Source of the DNA: the human T2T-CHM13v2.0 reference genome, Homo sapiens
Strand: one strand, 5' to 3'
Length of the DNA: 64,000 bases
NCBI RefSeq assembly: GCF_009914755.1
Contig: NC_060941.1
Positions 58,388 to 64,000 of this stretch are shown in pieces. Position numbers and translations under genes: made by a program. The notes under the pieces were generated by a model. That model was not told the origin of the DNA, did no database searches, and saw nothing but the letters and a program-made list of their open reading frames with translations. The number at the start of each line of letters is the position of its first letter. The stretch's first letter is position 1.

Positions 58388-58775
58388 TTTTTTTTTTTTT
58401 GAGATACAGTTTTGCTCTTGTTGCCTGGGCTGGAGTGATAAGATCTTGACTCACTGCAACCTCTGCAGCCCGGGTTCAAGTGATTCTCCTGCCTCAGTCT
58501 CCTGAGTAGCTGGGATTACAGGTGTCTGCCACCATGCTGGGTTAATTTTTTTATTTTTTTATTTTTATTTTTAGTACAGATGGGATTTCACCATGTTGGC
58601 CAGGCTGGTCTTGAACTTCTGACCTCAGATGACCCACCCACCTCAGCCTCCCAAGAGATGGAATCTCACTATGTTGCCCAGGTTGGCCTAGAACTCCCAG
58701 GCTCAAGTGATTCTCCCACCTCAGGTTTGAGTGTGGCTGGGACAATAGAGTGCACACCCAGATGAGGGTAATTTT
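58388..58775 (-). mobile_element. AluS joined to a second Alu monomer fragment
   Basis: The antisense Alu breaks at ctcagcctcccaa (~58654) and continues directly into another antisense monomer (gagatggaatctcactatgttgcccagg). Confidence 0.8.
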
Positions 58776-59059
58776 TGTAACAAAGGGAGTTAGGAAACTT
58801 TCTATCAGAGAAACCTCAAGTCCCAGATGGTTTCACTGGCATATTTTACCAACTTATTAAAAAAAAAGAATGTAATTAATTCCTAATGTCACAAGCAGTC
58901 AATTACTGAAAACTGACCGCTAAAAACATGAAATTCCCTTGGACATGGCCTAATATGTGTATACACATATTCACATAATTACAAGCCAGAAAGTTTACTC
59001 AAAACACTTTCAGTGCTATTTAAACCTGATAAAGCTATCCTTTGAGAGAAAATAAACCT

Positions 59060-59790
59060 TATTAGGCAATTGCAAATTAAAACCACAATGAGGAATCACT
59101 GCATATCAACTTAAGAGGGTAAAAATAAGATTGACCTTACCAAGTATTCAGAAGAATGTCAACCAAAAATCTCATACCCTGATGATGAAAATGTAAAATA
59201 ATGCAGGTGCTTTGGAAAAGTTTGGCATTTCCTTCAAAAGTTATATACCTACCATAGATCCCAGCTATTCCATTCCCAGATATCTACTCAAGATAAATGA
59301 AGGCCTATATCCACAGAAAAACTTGTACACAAACGTTCAGAGTAGCTCTGTTTGCAGTAGCCCCAAACTAGAAGAACCGAAATGTCAATCAATGGACAAA
59401 GGGATGAGCAAATTTTGACCCAGATATACAACAGGGTATTAATCAACAACAAAATGGAATCTCCTATTGATACATGCAACACTGGATGAATTTCAAAACA
59501 ATTACGTGACGTAAAAGAAGCCACAATAATCCCCACCCCTTGAAAACAGTCCACATTTTATCATATCATATGATATATATAGGACTTTCTAGAAAATGCA
59601 AATTAAGCTAAAACAGAAAATCAGCATGTTGCCTGAATACTAGGCAGGGTCATGAATTACAAGGGGACACGAGAAAACTTTTGGGGGTATGGATATTTCA
59701 TTATCTCAGTTGCAGTGAAGATGGTTTATTAGGTATGTACATGTCAAAACTAACTCGGTTTTATACTTTAAATGTTTAATTTACTGCAAT
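59060..59790 (+). mobile_element. Old L1M 3' remnant
   Basis: tgcaaattaaaaccacaatgag...tttggaaaagtttggcatt...aaacttgtacacaaacgttca...gaaaactttttggggg. Confidence 0.75.
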
Positions 59791-60117
59791 TATGCACTGA
59801 TAAAAAAATAAGCTGACTATATCTGCATTTGCCTATAGGTTTATTTTATTTTGCAACACTAGAAACTGGGATTGAATTCTAAATTGTGCCACAACTTCTG
59901 CTTATGCTTTTACGAACATGAATGACTACTTTATATATCCCCTGAATTGTGTGAATTGACCTTATATCCACATTTTTAAAATGTTTTATCCCAGTGACTT
60001 ATTTACAAATATAGATGTCCATCAAGAACTAATCGATAAAATACTACTTAAGAAGTTAAAGCAACTGATAAACTTTAATTTTAACCACAAATATTTTTTA
60101 GAAAAAATACTGCGTTA

Positions 60118-60219
<102 letters not shown>

Positions 60220-60823
60220 TTAAATTATATGATTGCATGTCAGGGATTTCAGCTACATTGTGTAGGGAAATCCTCTCCACGCTCCCTATAAATACAGCAA
60301 TGAATACCCATTTTAGATAAAGAATTTAAAAGTCTTTGAAAGGACAAAAATTTGCTAGGTAGCAGAGTGTAGGAATCACCTATAGTCCCAACCAAGACAA
60401 AGTTTTAATCACTCATTAATATTCTGCAATTATTTGCTGCTAATTTTTTTCTCCAGCAAATTCTTATCTTTAGAATTAAAGAAAATTTAGTTACAATCCA
60501 TGTTCACTGAATATTAAAAATACTATTATAAACCATTGAAAAACACTTACATACATCAGTTTTAATAACTCAATATTCCAGAGCAGAGATGGTATAATTT
60601 TTGGCAATTTCAATAATAAGATACAATGTTTTTTTTTCTCCTCATAAATCCCTTTTATTAACAAGAGGACAAAGCACACCTTTCTGCATAAAGCTTTGCC
60701 CACATTTAGGACAGGTAATTTGAAGCAGACCTTTGTGGCCAGATACAAAAGAGTGCATATTGGGTAACTCCTCTCATTTGAAGGTCAAAATAGGCAAATG
60801 AAATCTTTGTTATTGAATATCTA

Positions 60824-61118
60824 GGCTGGGTGTGGTGGTTAATGCCTGCAATTCTAGTACTTTGGGAGGCCAAGGCAAGCAAATCACCTGAGGTCAGGAG
60901 TTCAAGACCAGCATGGCCAACATGGGTGAAACCCTGTCTCTACTAAAAATACAAAAATGTAGCTGGGCGTAGTGGCACATGCCTGTAGTTCCAGCTACTC
61001 AGGAGGCTGAAACAGAAGAATGGCGCGAAACCCCAAAGTGGAGCTTGCAGTGAGGGGAGATTGCGCCACTGTGCTGCAGCCTGGGCGACAGACTGAGACT
61101 CTGTCTCAAAAAAAAAAA
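60824..61118 (+). mobile_element. AluS
   Basis: Full dimer with poly(A). Confidence 0.92.
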
Positions 61119-61238
61119 CTAAAAATATTAATGTAAGGGTAGCAAACTAAATAAGGAACACATTTTTGTGCAACAGCAGATTAGAAAGACTATAGTTAAC
61201 AACAATGCATTGTACATTCCAAATTAGAAGAGAGGACT

Positions 61239-61515
61239 AGAGATAGAATCTTGCTCTGCTGCCCAGGCTGGAGTGCAATGGTGTAATCCTAGCTCACTTC
61301 AGCCTCCAATTCCTGGACCCAAGTGACCCTCTAGCCTCAGCCTCCTGAGTAGCTGAGATTACAGACATGCACCACCACACCTGTCTAATTTTTGTATTTT
61401 TTATAGAGGTGGGGTTTTGCCATGTTGCCCAGGCTGGTCTCTTAACTCCTTTGCTCCAGCAATCCACATGCCACAGCCTGCTGAGACTATAGGCAAGAGT
61501 CATCACACTGAGCCA
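61239..61515 (-). mobile_element. AluJ-like, tail lost
   Basis: agagatagaatcttgctctgctgcccaggctggagtgcaatgg...gccatgttgcccaggctggtct. Confidence 0.82.
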
Positions 61516-62415
61516 TAAGATATTTTTTGAACTCATGTGAAAGCATAGTTAAAAGCCCCACAATGCCAGGATCTGCAACAGTGAGAATTCAGATATAACA
61601 CAACTGACAACTGGCTCCCATCCTCTGCAAGAGGTTAAGCCCAGAGACATCACTGATTTTTCAAAAATGTAAAATTGTGTTTCATATGATAAAAATTTTT
61701 GGACTCCACATATAACCTAAAGACGGGTTACATAGCTTAAAGGAACATATAAGCTATAAATCCCTTAATACATAAACTAGTGCCAGGCACAGTGCTGCAT
61801 GCTTGTCATCCTAGCACTTTGAGAGGCCAAGTTGAGTGGATTACTTGAGCCCATGAGTTGATTTTTGAAAAATGTTTTATGGCAAGTAAGCGGAGAAGGA
61901 ATGGTCTTTTCAACAGATGCTGCGGGTACATCACATGCAAAATGATGACTTTAAACTCTTACCTCACAATATGTGCAAAAAATAACTCACAATGGATCTT
62001 ACCCCCAAACATAAGAGATAAAACTATAAATTTCAGGAAGAAAATGTAAGTCTAAACCTTTGTGACCTTAGGTTGGACAAAGATTCTCTAGATACAACAC
62101 CAAGAGGGCAGTAATAAAAGAAAACTTGAAAAACTGAATTTCACCAAAGCAAAAGCTTTTGAGCTATAAGGGACACCATGAAGAAAATGAAACAACTAGC
62201 CAGACAGAAACAATATGTGCAGAATCTTATTTCTGATAAAAGACTTGTATCCAGAACATATCGAGAACTCTTGTAACTTGTAAAAGAAGAAAAACACAAT
62301 TTTTAAATGGGCAGACACTTACATAGACATGTCACCCCCCCCCAAAAAAAAAGTAAAACAAAATAAAATCTTCATGCCTTTGGGTTAAGCATTGGTTTCT
62401 TAAATATGAAGTCAT

Positions 62416-62768
<353 letters not shown>

Positions 62769-63099
62769 CTATCAAAATTAAAAACTTTTCTGCCTCAAAA
62801 CAATACTACCAAGCAAGGGAGAAGACAATTTATATATTAAGAATAATGTAGAATTATTAGAATTGGAGAAAATATTTCCAAATCCTACACCACAGCCTGC
62901 ATGAAAGTGTGACATCCTGTCTCACATGCAAATTTTTTAAATCATCAATCAATTAGGTACTTATATCAAGACTATGTAAAAAACTCTTGTGACTCAATAA
63001 TAAAAAGACAAACCCAATTTTAAAATGTGAAGAAGATCTAAATAGACATTATTCCAAAAAACATACGTAAATGACCAATAGGCACATTGAAAGATAACA

Positions 63100-63388
63100 C
63101 AAACCTATAATCCAAGCACTTTGGGAAGCCTAGGCAGGTGGATTGCTTGAGCCAAGGAGTGTGACACCAGCCTGGACAATATGAGGAAACCCCATCTCTA
63201 CAAAAAAAAAAAAAAAAATTCAAAAATTAGCTAGGTATGATGGTGCACACCTATAGTCCCAGCTACTCAAGACCTGAGGCAGGAGGATCACCTGAGCCCG
63301 GAAGGTTGAGGCTACACTGAGCCCAGATCGTGCCACTGGACTCTAACCTGAGTGACAAGAATAAGAATCTGTCTCAAAAAAAAAAAAA
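63100..63388 (+). mobile_element. AluJ
   Basis: Dimer with an expanded middle A tract and poly(A). Confidence 0.85.
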
Positions 63389-64000
63389 GTATAAAGTAAC
63401 ACATCAATAGTCACTAGAGAAATATAAAACAAAACAAAAAAATACCAAAATGAGATACCACTTCCCACCTATTATGATGGCTAACATCAAGAAGACAGTA
63501 AGTTGGCAGCAATGTGGAGAATCTGAATGCTTATAATGTGCTGCTGGAATATAAAATGGTACAGCTACTTGGGAAAACAACTGATCAGTTTCTTAAAAGT
63601 GCCGTGTAAATGTACCCTATTCCTAGTAATTATACTCCTAGATATATATACAATGTATGAGATATTAAGGTATATGTCCAGACAAAAACTTGCTCAAGTA
63701 AGGTCACTGTAGCATTATTCATAACAGCAAAAAATGAAAACAACAGAATCATCAAGTGATGATTAGATAAACAGGTGGTATGTTCACAGAGTACTTAAAT
63801 GCTCAGCAATAAAAAGGAGCTACTGATACACGCAACAAGCCCAATGAGCCTGAGGTGAATTACGCTCAGTGAAAAAAAAAACTAATTTCAACAGGAAACA
63901 CGCTATATATTCAATTTCTATATCATAATTCAGAAATAGGGGTAATAAAAGCATCCTAAAATTAAGATTGTGATGACGGTTGTAAAATCATTTAAAAAAT

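Overview
Primate (human-like) non-coding genomic DNA with no intact protein-coding gene. It looks like a pericentromeric segmental-duplication mosaic of at least three blocks. Block A (1-~22,280) is AT-rich. It carries a CpG-rich GCTTTTTGC-type tandem array (~3,010-3,812) fused to a decayed KSR1 exon-1 fragment, a GAAAT/GAT satellite-like array (~6,493-7,722), and old DNA transposons and L1s. Block B (~22,281-51,310) is visibly GC-richer. It starts abruptly inside a disabled KCNJ12/KCNJ18-type (Kir2.2/2.6) coding fragment and contains MaLR LTRs, a near-full-length Tigger1, a 3'-deleted PDLIM1 processed pseudogene and a MER34>L1>MER1B nest. Block C (~51,311-64,000) is an AT-rich L1/Alu block beginning with a TSD-less young L1PA and containing one GTF2I-like exon with intact splice sites. 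The KCNJ12-like, PDLIM1-like and GTF2I-like pieces together suggest, from memory and unverified, chromosome 17 pericentromeric sequence. Almost all listed ORFs are repeat-derived or chance. I found no convincing new biological system. The best leads are the duplicon junctions, the repeat-KSR1 fusion and an unidentified exon-like relic at ~25.9-26.7 kb. Gene and repeat names come from recalled sequences, not database searches.
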